Below, piece by piece: positions 35,679-44,052 of a DNA stretch of 46,655 bases. The stretch comes from a virus. The notes under the pieces were generated by a model. It was not told the DNA's origin. It made no database searches and saw nothing but the letters and a program-made list of their open reading frames with translations. Location: positions 1 through 46,655 of IMG/VR virus record IMGVR_UViG_3300043389_000001; one strand, given 5' to 3'. The translations under genes were made by a program, and so were the position numbers. Every line of letters starts with the position of its first letter. Position 1 is the first letter of the stretch.

Positions 35679-36213
35679 TATCGGCTTCGCGGTGTTTACC
35701 TAATTCACTGATGGCGTGTAACGCCAGCTTTCGCTCTAGGCCGGTTTTCTCCAAGGCCCGCAGGTATGCTCCGTCGAGGACGGCCACCTCAATGGCCATC
35801 AGCAAGGCCAAAGCATGTTGGCGTGCATCGTTCATCTCCCACTGCCCGACGGGTTCGCCGTCCAAGACCAATGTCAGGAAGCCCTGGCGCGTGCGCTGGG
35901 AAACGCCCGGTCTCATGGCCAATCCGGGGATCATCGACAGCGGAACCTCCGCCGCCCGGTCGACTCGCAGTTCGGTGACCATGAGTGCGGCACCTTCGTC
36001 GTCAGTCCCCAGATCAAGCATCTGCTTCAGGACGGCAGCGTCGTACTCGGCTGCGGCGACAGCCGACAGCACTTCGCGCGCCCAGGCGTAGGCGGTCGGC
36101 CCATCCATTGGGTAGGTCCGGTCCTTACCTACCTCGACATGGACGTGGTAGTAACCTTTTTCGTCAGGCTCGCTGCGAATCCAGACGTCACGGATAGCGT
36201 CAGGCCGGCTCAT
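35671..36213 (-). CDS. Hypothetical protein with internal duplication
   Basis: RBS AGGGAG; two similar helical halves. Confidence 0.7.
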   Translation of the reverse strand: MSRPDAIRDVWIRSEPDEKGYYHVHVEVGKDRTYPMDGPTAYAWAREVLSAVAAAEYDAAVLKQMLDLGTDDEGAALMVTELRVDRAAEVPLSMIPGLAMRPGVSQRTRQGFLTLVLDGEPVGQWEMNDARQHALALLMAIEVAVLDGAYLRALEKTGLERKLALHAISELGKHREADND

Positions 36214-36224
36214 CGTTCTCCCTG

Positions 36225-36446
36225 TCAGTAATTGCCGCTGTTGATCATGTTCAACCATGCCTCGCCGAGTGGCCCCTTCACCACCGCATGACCCAGCGGC
36301 GCAACGTCCAGTGGAACGTGCTCATGGCAGGTACCGCACAGGCCGTGACCTTTGCACAGGTACCACGACGGGAAGCTCCACCCACAGCCACCTTGGCAGT
36401 TCGCATACAACCATCCACCTGCATCTACGCAGGGATTTCCGGCCAT
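36225..36446 (-). CDS. Cys-rich mini-protein
   Basis: RBS GAGGAAGG; C..GC, C..H..CGTCH. Confidence 0.55.
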   Translation of the reverse strand: MAGNPCVDAGGWLYANCQGGCGWSFPSWYLCKGHGLCGTCHEHVPLDVAPLGHAVVKGPLGEAWLNMINSGNY

Positions 36447-36473
36447 CGCCTTCCTCTCAGCTATGATGGTCGT

Positions 36474-36588
36474 GCTGTGCAGGGTATGCCCGTAGTGGCC
36501 GTCGGGTGCCTCCCTGAACGCGATCAAGGACTAAGGCGGTGCCGCTATAGCGCCCCCTCGCGGGTTCGAATCCCGCTCCTGTACAGCA
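36474..36588 (+). ncRNA. Non-canonical tRNA-like RNA
   Basis: 11-bp closing stem GCTGTGCAGGG/TCCTGTACAGC, canonical T-arm GCGGG-TTCGAAT-CCCGC, D-arm-like GCCC/GGGT; TATGAT 6 nt upstream. Confidence 0.6.
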
Positions 36589-36902
36589 CTTGTCAGGTGG
36601 GTGGTGCCGATCACGGCCAGAGCAACACCGGGGTTCGGGAAATGGGTACTGGGCCACCAGCAGCCAGCCACCTGACATAGTCAGCGATTATCGACGAATG
36701 TCGTCGGGGAAGATGGTGTCAAAGCCGTGAACGCGCGTGGCCTTATTGACCATTTCCCTATCCGCGTCACTGACTTCTCTGCCAGCCATCATGTCCAGAA
36801 GGGCACCCAAGCAGGCGTCGAGGAACTGCTGGTTCTGCTCGTGCGTAGGGCGATCCCGACTATCGTCATCGTTCTCCTGGTCAGCGATTCATCCAGCCTG
36901 AA

Positions 36903-37640
36903 TCAGTCCGACACAAAGGCATCAACATCAACGCGCCCCGAAAGCACCTTAATGGTGAGGGTGTGGACCGCCGTTGTGTCTTGGTACCACGTCCACACGA
37001 CCTGTCGGTTGAGTGACGCAGGGTTGGAGAAGTCCACGGTGCCACGGTCAATGCCATCGACGAGCATTTGTGCCTTGCCACGACCGGGTGCCCTGGGGGC
37101 AATGAGGGCGACGGAATTACCGGAGTATTTGAACTCTGCGGTGTCTCCCACGACGGTGCTGTTGCGGTCGGTGCCGCCGGCAAAGCAGGTGCACGACGAA
37201 GTCTTCCATGTGCCGGTGAACGTGGCGGATTGATCGTCCTGTCCCGCATTGCGCTGGAAGGTCTGAGTCACGGTCCTTTCATTCTTCGCCGGGGAACAGT
37301 CCCTGAGCGTCATCTGAATACCCACGGTTCCCTTGTCCTGTAGGGAGCCGACATCCACACCGTATTTAAGTGGCGGGGCCACGACGTCGGGGCCGGAGTC
37401 GTCGTCGTTCCAAGTCTGCCCAGACTGGTAGCAGATGCCCGACAGGTCGCTCATCTGCCACGAGATGCGCATCGGCATTGAACCCCAAGGGTCAACCGGG
37501 CCACCGACTTTGAAGTGCACTGCTCGGTCGAAGCCGACATTGGGTGCGTCCTCGTCGGTGGGGGCCGCGATGGCGGCGGAGATACCGAGACCGAGGGTGA
37601 AGATGGTGGCCGAGGCAATGATGGCCGGTCGCACGCGCAT
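36903..37640 (-). CDS. Secreted protein with C-terminal carbohydrate-binding-like beta-sandwich
   Basis: Sec signal ending AIA; F.GTW...GG......G..A.F...G..V......PG.GKA...VDG.....VD...HTL.I.V....VDVDAF; RBS AGGAG. Confidence 0.7.
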   Translation of the reverse strand: MRVRPAIIASATIFTLGLGISAAIAAPTDEDAPNVGFDRAVHFKVGGPVDPWGSMPMRISWQMSDLSGICYQSGQTWNDDDSGPDVVAPPLKYGVDVGSLQDKGTVGIQMTLRDCSPAKNERTVTQTFQRNAGQDDQSATFTGTWKTSSCTCFAGGTDRNSTVVGDTAEFKYSGNSVALIAPRAPGRGKAQMLVDGIDRGTVDFSNPASLNRQVVWTWYQDTTAVHTLTIKVLSGRVDVDAFVSD

Positions 37641-37680
37641 GATTCTCCTGAGAGAGATGTTCAGATAAAGGGTGAGTGAG

Positions 37681-37968
37681 TTACAGTTCTTCGCCTTTGC
37701 GGTCTGCTTCTTGCAGGAAGGTCATGGCCACCATGGCGTCTTTGAATTCTTTGGCGATCTGTAAAGCCTTGCGGTCGGCCGGTGTTGGTGTGTAGTTCTG
37801 TGGGTGCGTGGCGAGGAGGCCGAATCGTGTCTGGCCGTTTCCTTGGTCTTCTCCTCCGAGGAACCAGTGCACCTGTCCGGGGTGGCCGGGTGGCCGGATG
37901 CAGGCGAATTCCTTCCCTTGCCGGTTGGCGATCGGGTGTCCGCATATGGGTGGGGGTGCATCGTCCAT
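37681..37968 (-). CDS. Hypothetical protein (C..C...H...H)
   Basis: RBS AAGGAG. Confidence 0.6.
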   Translation of the reverse strand: MDDAPPPICGHPIANRQGKEFACIRPPGHPGQVHWFLGGEDQGNGQTRFGLLATHPQNYTPTPADRKALQIAKEFKDAMVAMTFLQEADRKGEEL

Positions 37969-38009
37969 GCCACTGCTCCTTGATCAACTATCTAGAAGGT
38001 GCGTTCTCG

Positions 38010-38447
38010 TTACTTGTCGATGAGCTGGGCATCACCGACGTGAACGGTGGCGCCGTCGAACATGTCGTTGGCGTGATCCTTCTTGGCCTTGATCAGAGCC
38101 AAATCTTGTGCGTGCTCCGGTGTCTCGGCCGCGATGTTGAGGAACCCGGTGACCAGAGCGGGGACCGTCAGGGGCAGGCGGGAGTCGGTGATCTCGTAGG
38201 GCACGAGGTACTGCTGGGGCCAGAATCCCCGCACGACCTGCGAGGGTGGGTGGCCGGCCCCGCCGGGCTGGCAGTAGGACAGGTGCCGCAGTGGCAGGGC
38301 GCAGTCGGCCCGGTGCTCCCCGAAGGTCTCGCCCACCGGGCGCAGGGCGAAGGTGTAGCCCCAGCAGCCGGGCTCGGGGCACTGGGCGATGTCCTCGTTA
38401 GGGCCCTCGGGCATGCGGTGAGGGCGCGGGCAGTCGATCATGTTCAC
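38010..38447 (-). CDS. Cys/His-rich hypothetical protein
   Basis: GTGA overlap; CPEPGC, H..DC...H...C. Confidence 0.6.
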   Translation of the reverse strand: MNMIDCPRPHRMPEGPNEDIAQCPEPGCWGYTFALRPVGETFGEHRADCALPLRHLSYCQPGGAGHPPSQVVRGFWPQQYLVPYEITDSRLPLTVPALVTGFLNIAAETPEHAQDLALIKAKKDHANDMFDGATVHVGDAQLIDK

Positions 38448-38632
38448 GACTCGTCGTCGCTGACGTAGGGGTAGGCCACGTCGTCGGGGTTGCGGCGGAT
38501 GAAGATGCCGCTCCTGGTGGCGGCCCCGCACAGGCAGCAGCGCAGGGTCTCGGAGTCGCGAACGCGCACGGGCCGGCGTCCGGGTTCCTCGTTCATCCAG
38601 CAGGTGTCGCACAGGGGCTGGGTCCAGCTCAC
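38444..38632 (-). CDS. Zinc-finger mini-protein
   Basis: CDTC...CCLCG; GTGA overlap. Confidence 0.65.
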   Translation of the reverse strand: MSWTQPLCDTCWMNEEPGRRPVRVRDSETLRCCLCGAATRSGIFIRRNPDDVAYPYVSDDES

Positions 38633-38826
38633 GTCACGTCCCAGTTGCTCATGTCGATGTGGTGCATGGTCGCCAGATCGGCCTCGGTGTAGCGCTCCAT
38701 CGGGTTCCACGCCATGACCTTGCAGTCGCTGTTGTTGCCGCAGAACGCCTGCCCGGACATGGCTATGGCCGCGACCTGCCCGCAGCCGGGGCAGGTGTAA
38801 TCAGGGGTGTCGCGGGGTTCAGGCAT
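38629..38826 (-). CDS. Zinc-ribbon mini-protein
   Basis: CPGCG...FC....C; TGATG coupling. Confidence 0.65.
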   Translation of the reverse strand: MPEPRDTPDYTCPGCGQVAAIAMSGQAFCGNNSDCKVMAWNPMERYTEADLATMHHIDMSNWDVT

Positions 38827-39038
38827 CAGTCGCCTTTCCCGCGTAGGGCTGCAGCGATGCCGGCGAGTGATGCCCCTGCAGCACTGACCAAGAAGAAGCT
38901 GGCGACGGGGTGTTCGAATACCAGTTCCCAGAAACTCATGGGTGTGTGGGCTCCACAGTGGTAGCGACAGCCCTCGCAGGGGCATCGACAGGTGTTCGGG
39001 GAGCGCTCGATACCGTCGCATCTAGCGAACGTGCGCAT
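38826..39038 (-). CDS. Cys-rich, C-terminally anchored mini-protein
   Basis: CRCPCEGCRYHC then a hydrophobic segment. Confidence 0.5.
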   Translation of the reverse strand: MRTFARCDGIERSPNTCRCPCEGCRYHCGAHTPMSFWELVFEHPVASFFLVSAAGASLAGIAAALRGKGD

Positions 39039-39049
39039 GAGGAAACAGG

Positions 39050-39202
39050 TTACGGCTTGTAGCGGGTCTTGTGAGCCAGCCATTCGGCCAAGATGTCGAT
39101 CGCCTTTTCGATGGGCTCTTTCAGCAGAAAGACGATGGCCACCATGGCCACGGGCCAAGCGAGTGCTGCGACGAGGTCGGCGGCGAATTCGAGGCCGTCC
39201 AT
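39050..39202 (-). CDS. Small membrane protein, 50 aa (not in ORF track)
   Basis: Read manually: MDGLEFAADLVAALAWPVAMVAIVFLLKEPI...; TGATG coupling. Confidence 0.6.
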   Translation of the reverse strand: MDGLEFAADLVAALAWPVAMVAIVFLLKEPIEKAIDILAEWLAHKTRYKP

Positions 39203-39528
39203 CAGTCGGCCGCGATCCGTGCGACGCGGGTGATGCTGGGGTTCCTGACCGCAGTAGCCGAGTACAGCAACGCGTTTCGTTCGAAGTCCAGCTCGGGGCA
39301 GACGAAGATCACCGGGATCAGTTTCTGTCCGAGCTTGAAGAGGCAGTAGCTGCTGATGTCCATCTCGTAGTGAGGCTTGTCGTGGGCGTCGACGGGTCCG
39401 AACATGCGGGCCATGGCCCCGGGTTTGGCTCGCAGAACGTCGAAGACCTCGTAGAGACGGTCGGCGGGTACGAGGATGCGGGACAGGCCGACAAGGTAGG
39501 GGTCATCGTCGTAGGTCACCTCGTTCAT
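39202..39528 (-). CDS. Hypothetical protein
   Basis: ATGA overlap. Confidence 0.6.
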   Translation of the reverse strand: MNEVTYDDDPYLVGLSRILVPADRLYEVFDVLRAKPGAMARMFGPVDAHDKPHYEMDISSYCLFKLGQKLIPVIFVCPELDFERNALLYSATAVRNPSITRVARIAAD

Positions 39529-39905
39529 GCGGGGCTCGCGTGATCAAGGTTGATGCTGGTGGCCATGACGCAGGGGGTGCACATGTGGATCATCATGGGC
39601 GTGGTCTCCAGCCGCTGCTGGTCCTCCGGCAGCAGCCACATCTCCTCGTTGCACCGGTTGCAGCGGGCCACGGTGGCGCCCTCGCCCGGTTCGCTGAGGT
39701 CGGCCACGCGGGGGCAGGCCAGCATCAGCATCGGGGTGGCGGTCAGGGTGCCCTGCTCCAGCCGTTTGAGGCGCTCGTGCAGGGCGTCGTTGATCTCGAA
39801 CTGCTTGTTCAGCGTCAAGAACAGACGGCGCTGGGCCACCCCGAAGATGATGATCGCGATCACCATGATGCCGGCGGTGAAGAGCTGAAGCCCTGCTAGG
39901 AACAC
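39525..39905 (-). CDS. Membrane-anchored protein with CxxC pairs
   Basis: N-terminal TM; CNRC...CTPC; RBS AGGAG. Confidence 0.65.
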   Translation of the reverse strand: MFLAGLQLFTAGIMVIAIIIFGVAQRRLFLTLNKQFEINDALHERLKRLEQGTLTATPMLMLACPRVADLSEPGEGATVARCNRCNEEMWLLPEDQQRLETTPMMIHMCTPCVMATSINLDHASPA

Positions 39906-39907
39906 GG

Positions 39908-40591
39908 TTACTCCTGCGTCAGTGCGCTGTTGGGCCAGACGGCTATGAAGTCCTTCGTGCCGTTGGCGGCGCGTGAGTAGACGAACGGTGGGTAAGTCTT
40001 GGCGTGGGGCAGGTCCCAGAGAACCTTGGTGCCGTGGATCTTGTCGTTGCCGATCAGGACGTACTCCTGGCAGTGCGCGAGGACGTCCATCTCGTCCACG
40101 CCGATCTCGTTGCCGCCGGCCCAGTGGCGGGCCGGGTCGTACCGGTGGGTGATCCAGCAGCCGATGACGACCTCGGGTTCGTACCGGCGTACCGCCTCGT
40201 AGGCGTCGCGCTCGATGATGTTGCGCCCGTAGGTCACGGTGGGCTGGCCGGTCTGGGCGAAGATCCGCTTGTATTTGCTGCGGGCCTGCATGCGGTTGTC
40301 GGTGGCGGTGATGCCGAGAGCGTCGGCCAGGACGCCGTTGCCGGCGCCGATCTCGATGGCCTTACGTCCGGCGATGAACTGCCTCAGGTGTTCGACCAGC
40401 TCGGTGGTGGGGATGGCGTAGATGGCGTGGGTGTGGCCGAACAGGGCCCGCTCGGCCGGGGTGGTGCTGGCCCAGAACTCGCTGGGCAGGATCTTCATCC
40501 GCCCGCTGCCGTCGAGAACCTGCGGGGAGAGGTCTCGTATCCCGCGAGGGTCGAGAGCCACCGTGCTGAAGGGGTCTGCCTGGGACATCAC
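39908..40591 (-). CDS. Class I SAM-dependent methyltransferase-like protein
   Basis: AIEIGAGNG (motif I), ATD, DAYEAV, VVIGCW. Confidence 0.6.
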   Translation of the reverse strand: MMSQADPFSTVALDPRGIRDLSPQVLDGSGRMKILPSEFWASTTPAERALFGHTHAIYAIPTTELVEHLRQFIAGRKAIEIGAGNGVLADALGITATDNRMQARSKYKRIFAQTGQPTVTYGRNIIERDAYEAVRRYEPEVVIGCWITHRYDPARHWAGGNEIGVDEMDVLAHCQEYVLIGNDKIHGTKVLWDLPHAKTYPPFVYSRAANGTKDFIAVWPNSALTQE

Positions 40592-40624
40592 GCCAGGTTA
40601 GCGCCCGATAGCTGGTGGTGGGGG

Positions 40625-40771
40625 TCAGTAGTTGCGCCAGTGTCGGACGTGACGGCGGTGCAGGTATTCGCTGCGTCGGACCCAGCGCCGGTTCTGCAGC
40701 AGCGCTGCCGTGCCCATGAGCAGGGCCATGGCCAAGAAGGTGGCCGACACGGCGATGACGTATGCCGTCAA
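40625..40771 (-). CDS. Small single-TM protein, 48 aa (not in ORF track)
   Basis: Read manually from TTG: MTAYVIAVSATFLAMALLMGTAALL... Confidence 0.4.
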   Translation of the reverse strand: MTAYVIAVSATFLAMALLMGTAALLQNRRWVRRSEYLHRRHVRHWRNY

Positions 40772-40798
40772 GGAGGCCTGCCTGTAAGTTGCTGTTTC

Positions 40799-41107
40799 AT
40801 GGGACTATTCGTTGAGCGGTACTACGGGTGGGGCGAGGACGGCGGCCAGTTCAACCTGTACATGGTGTACCGGCAGCCGTGGTGGCGGTACGTGGTCGGG
40901 GAACTGGTCTCGGCGATTACGCTGCGCACCGGGAAGCTGGAACGTGTGGTGGAGCGGGCGTTCCCGGCCAAAGGCGAAAGGGACATGCCGTTCGGCGCAC
41001 GCGTGGACTGCTGGGTGTTCGAGTTCACGAACAAGGACAGGACCCCGGTGGCCGAGTGGGATGACGCCGGCCCGGACACCAAGGTCCCGCTTCCGCCCGA
41101 GGGTTAG
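40799..41107 (+). CDS. Hypothetical protein
   Basis: TAAGTT-N8-ATG; high-GC3 frame filling a gap between minus-strand genes. Confidence 0.55.
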   Translation: MGLFVERYYGWGEDGGQFNLYMVYRQPWWRYVVGELVSAITLRTGKLERVVERAFPAKGERDMPFGARVDCWVFEFTNKDRTPVAEWDDAGPDTKVPLPPEG

Positions 41108-41400
41108 TTCTGCTCGCCCTGCTTCCCGGACTCCTCGGGCTCCTCGGGCTGTTCGGCGCGCGCGGCGGCCTGCTGGGCGCGGATGCGGTCCTCGCGCCGG
41201 TAGAAGTCGCGCTCCAGCCGCCGGATGTAGCGCTCCAGCAGCATCACCAGCAGCGGCCGGCCATCCCTCGTAGCCATCTCGATGACCCGTTTGATGGCCA
41301 CCGTCTGGAACGCGAGGTCGACGTGCCGGGCCCCGACCCCACCCGGCGGGACGACCTCGGCGTCCATCTCGGCCCGTTCCTGAGCTGTAGGTTCCTGCAT
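41104..41400 (-). CDS. Hypothetical protein
   Basis: Codon bias. Confidence 0.6.
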   Translation of the reverse strand: MQEPTAQERAEMDAEVVPPGGVGARHVDLAFQTVAIKRVIEMATRDGRPLLVMLLERYIRRLERDFYRREDRIRAQQAAARAEQPEEPEESGKQGEQN

Positions 41401-41424
41401 GTCCCACGACCCTCTCGCTGAGTC

Positions 41425-41919
41425 CTAGTATCCGAAGTCGTACGTGGTGCCGACCAGCGCCGGTACCGACGAGGCGATGATGGTGACGTCGTACCACGAG
41501 TCGCCGTCGGTGTACCCGACGCCGGTGAAGCGGTCGATGATCTCCTGCTGCTGCCATTCCTCGTACTGCTCGGTGTCCCTCTCCGGCGGCAGGGTGATCA
41601 GCTCGTCGTGGAATTCGCAGTTGATCGTGCCGTAGTGCTCGTACCGGTTGGTGACATACACGCTGATGCGCACGAGCCCCAGCGTGGCGTTCTTGGCGTC
41701 GGCGTGCTCGCGGCTGATCTTCAATGCCTGCTGCTGGTTGCTGGCCAGCCCGGTGGAGCGCCACCCGCACGAGCAGGCCCCGGTCTTCAGCTCCGGGGAG
41801 TCCATCTTCGGGGCCTTGACCCACATCGGGTAGTGCCCCTCGTGCCCGCCGGTGCTCTCGCAGCGGGGCGCGGGCGTGGCGGGAGGTAGGTCGGCGAGGC
41901 GGTCATCGTCGCTGGTCAT
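41425..41919 (-). CDS. Hypothetical protein with C-x-C-G-W...H motif
   Basis: ATGA overlap; CSCGW...H. Confidence 0.65.
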   Translation of the reverse strand: MTSDDDRLADLPPATPAPRCESTGGHEGHYPMWVKAPKMDSPELKTGACSCGWRSTGLASNQQQALKISREHADAKNATLGLVRISVYVTNRYEHYGTINCEFHDELITLPPERDTEQYEEWQQQEIIDRFTGVGYTDGDSWYDVTIIASSVPALVGTTYDFGY

Positions 41920-42191
41920 GGCTGCATTACATCAGCACCCTGCTCGCCGGCATGAGGTTCGCCCGGACGGGTGAACACCCGGCGCAGTACCTGCTCGCGG
42001 TCATCGCGCAGTTCCTGCCAGTCCACCTGCGAGCGGCCGGAGACCAGCGCGAGGATGCGGGCCATGGATCTCCAGTGGATCTCGGGCGGCACGTCCTGGG
42101 TGATGGAGTCCTGCCCGACCTGATCCATCCACGCCATGAACGCGGTGAAGTTCTCCACGTCGGGGCCCTGGGGTGCGGTGTCAGTGCTCAT
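41916..42191 (-). CDS. Hypothetical protein
   Basis: Overlaps both neighbours. Confidence 0.6.
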   Translation of the reverse strand: MSTDTAPQGPDVENFTAFMAWMDQVGQDSITQDVPPEIHWRSMARILALVSGRSQVDWQELRDDREQVLRRVFTRPGEPHAGEQGADVMQP

Positions 42192-42378
42192 TGCCGTGGC
42201 GCCTCTCGGTGTACTCCATGAGCTTGCGCAGGCAGTAGAGGCGGAACTGCTCGCGGTGGCGGTCGTGGGCCAGCAGGTATCCGCCGCCGAAGACGACCAC
42301 GAGCAGGAACGTCATGGTGATGGCGGTGAAGGCGTAGCCGATGAACCTCAGGACATCGAAGATGAGGTCGAACGTCAT
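42181..42378 (-). CDS. Small membrane protein
   Basis: ATGA overlap; long hydrophobic stretch. Confidence 0.6.
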   Translation of the reverse strand: MTFDLIFDVLRFIGYAFTAITMTFLLVVVFGGGYLLAHDRHREQFRLYCLRKLMEYTERRHGNEH

Positions 42379-42536
42379 TCCCATATCTCTGGCTCCTCGA
42401 TCAGGCAGAACAGCCACTGGTGGCGCATGTCCTGGCCGGTGGGCGAGACGGTGAACTCGAAGGCCGGCCGGTCGCGGTGGCAGGTGGGGCAGTGGACCAG
42501 CGGCTGGTGGGGCCTGTCGGGTGTGCGTGCTGCCAT
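42375..42536 (-). CDS. CxxC mini-protein
   Basis: CPTC...H...C. Confidence 0.55.
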   Translation of the reverse strand: MAARTPDRPHQPLVHCPTCHRDRPAFEFTVSPTGQDMRHQWLFCLIEEPEIWE

Positions 42537-42543
42537 CTCAGTT

Positions 42544-42849
42544 CTACCTGCTCTGTGGTGGGAAGCGGCGGTTGAAGTCACGAAGCTGTACAAGGAAATG
42601 CGGGATGTGGGCTTCGGCCTCATCCTGCTGCGCTTGGGTCATGGCCTCCAGCGCGTAGCCCGCCGAGCCGGTGCGCCACGTCGAGCATTTGGCGCAGGCG
42701 AAGCAGACAGCGATGTCACCGTCCTGGGGTGCGCGTGCCTCGCCGTCGCGTTCGATGTCTTCGGTGGCGGAGACAAGGTACCCGCAGTAGGGGCAGGAGG
42801 CTTTGCTGGGCAGCTCGGTCATGACCCGTGTCCTCGTCATCGTTTTCAC
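42544..42849 (-). CDS. Zinc-ribbon protein
   Basis: CPYCG...P.DGD.AVCFAC. Confidence 0.65.
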   Translation of the reverse strand: MKTMTRTRVMTELPSKASCPYCGYLVSATEDIERDGEARAPQDGDIAVCFACAKCSTWRTGSAGYALEAMTQAQQDEAEAHIPHFLVQLRDFNRRFPPQSR

Positions 42850-43184
42850 AGCACGTCCCAGTTGTAGGCAGAGCGGATGAAGGTGTCGTAGGGCCCGGCA
42901 TCGCGGTGCTCCTGATCGAAGTGCGGCTGGAAACCAGCCACGACAGCGTCGCGGTACTGGGTGCGAATACGCGCAATGACCGCCGAAGTATGCTCTCCGG
43001 GTCGGGATTTCACTCGACCGTAGCTGATCCTGATCCTGTAGGTGTGGCAGGCCGGGCAGACGAAGACCTCCCCGCGTCCGGGTAGTGCCGGCGTGGCAGC
43101 AGGGTGGTCAATCGGCATCAGGGCCATCCGGATCAGCTCGCGTCTGCGCTGGTGTTCGGTCTCTTCGGGGTCGGCATCTCGCAC
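42846..43184 (-). CDS. Hypothetical protein (CPAC)
   Basis: RBS AGGAGG; GTGA overlap. Confidence 0.65.
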   Translation of the reverse strand: MRDADPEETEHQRRRELIRMALMPIDHPAATPALPGRGEVFVCPACHTYRIRISYGRVKSRPGEHTSAVIARIRTQYRDAVVAGFQPHFDQEHRDAGPYDTFIRSAYNWDVL

Positions 43185-43331
43185 GGGTGTCCTCCTGCGA
43201 AGGTGAGGAGGACGAGCCTAGGCAGAGTGCAGCGCCAGGACAGTCAGGTGAACGAACCATTCGACGACACCCTTGTCACAACTACATCAAGCTGAGGCTA
43301 AACCCGCTGGCCGGGACGTAATCTCAACCCC

Positions 43332-43715
43332 ATGCGAACCCTGCGACGCCTGACCAGTAGGGCCGCGCACCTTAAGCCCGACTCTGTCCCGCACGTGGTC
43401 ATCTGGATGGCTATGCGCCTGGTCCCCGGCAGCATTCTGGGCAGCGGCCTGGCCGTGGCGCCGGTGTTCGAGGATGCCTACCTGGCCGGATGGAACCTCG
43501 TGACCGTGGGCATCATGGCGTGGATTGCCGGCGACGTCCTGACCTGTGCCAAACCCGAAGGTGGGCAGTGTGTTTACTGCTTCTCCCGGGACACGTGGCT
43601 GATCTACGCCATCCCCCGGTGGTGGCGGATGCTACCCAGCCGGTGGGACGGGCGATACGTGTGCGACGAGCACTTCATGTACTGGCACGCCACGCACCCC
43701 GGCCGCCACCTGTAG
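43332..43715 (+). CDS. Membrane protein with C-terminal CxxC...CxxH
   Basis: TAATCT-N7-ATG; two hydrophobic segments; CVYC...RWWRMLP...VCDEHFM. Confidence 0.6.
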   Translation: MRTLRRLTSRAAHLKPDSVPHVVIWMAMRLVPGSILGSGLAVAPVFEDAYLAGWNLVTVGIMAWIAGDVLTCAKPEGGQCVYCFSRDTWLIYAIPRWWRMLPSRWDGRYVCDEHFMYWHATHPGRHL

Positions 43716-43716
43716 C

Positions 43717-44052
43717 TCAGCAGCTCGTGCAGCCGTAGTTCACGTCCAAGGAGTACTGCGGCTCCTCGTAGACCACGAAGAACGTGCCGTGATGTTTCAG
43801 GACGGCGTTGGGGAACTCCGCCACGAGGGCGTCGAAGATCTTGAGCAGCAGCCGGATCTCGATGGGACCCCTGACCATGGCCAAGATGCGGTCGAACTCG
43901 CCGGTGGCAGCCATGCTGGTCATCGCGTCACGGTTGACCGCGCGGGCGGCATCACCGGCGTCGATGGCTTCCTGTACCCACGGCGGGTGCTGCGGATCGT
44001 CGGCCTGTTCCTGAGCCGGCTGAGCGGCTGGTTTGTTCACCATCTGCGACAC
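43717..44052 (-). CDS. Hypothetical protein
   Basis: Codon bias; GGGG upstream. Confidence 0.55.
   Translation of the reverse strand: MSQMVNKPAAQPAQEQADDPQHPPWVQEAIDAGDAARAVNRDAMTSMAATGEFDRILAMVRGPIEIRLLLKIFDALVAEFPNAVLKHHGTFFVVYEEPQYSLDVNYGCTSC

Noticed and set aside
36474-36588. Calling the tRNA-like element tRNA-Sec, a suppressor tRNA or tmRNA
   Set aside because: The TCA, CTA and TGA triplets are not centred in a 7-nt loop with U33, and the element is far too short for tmRNA
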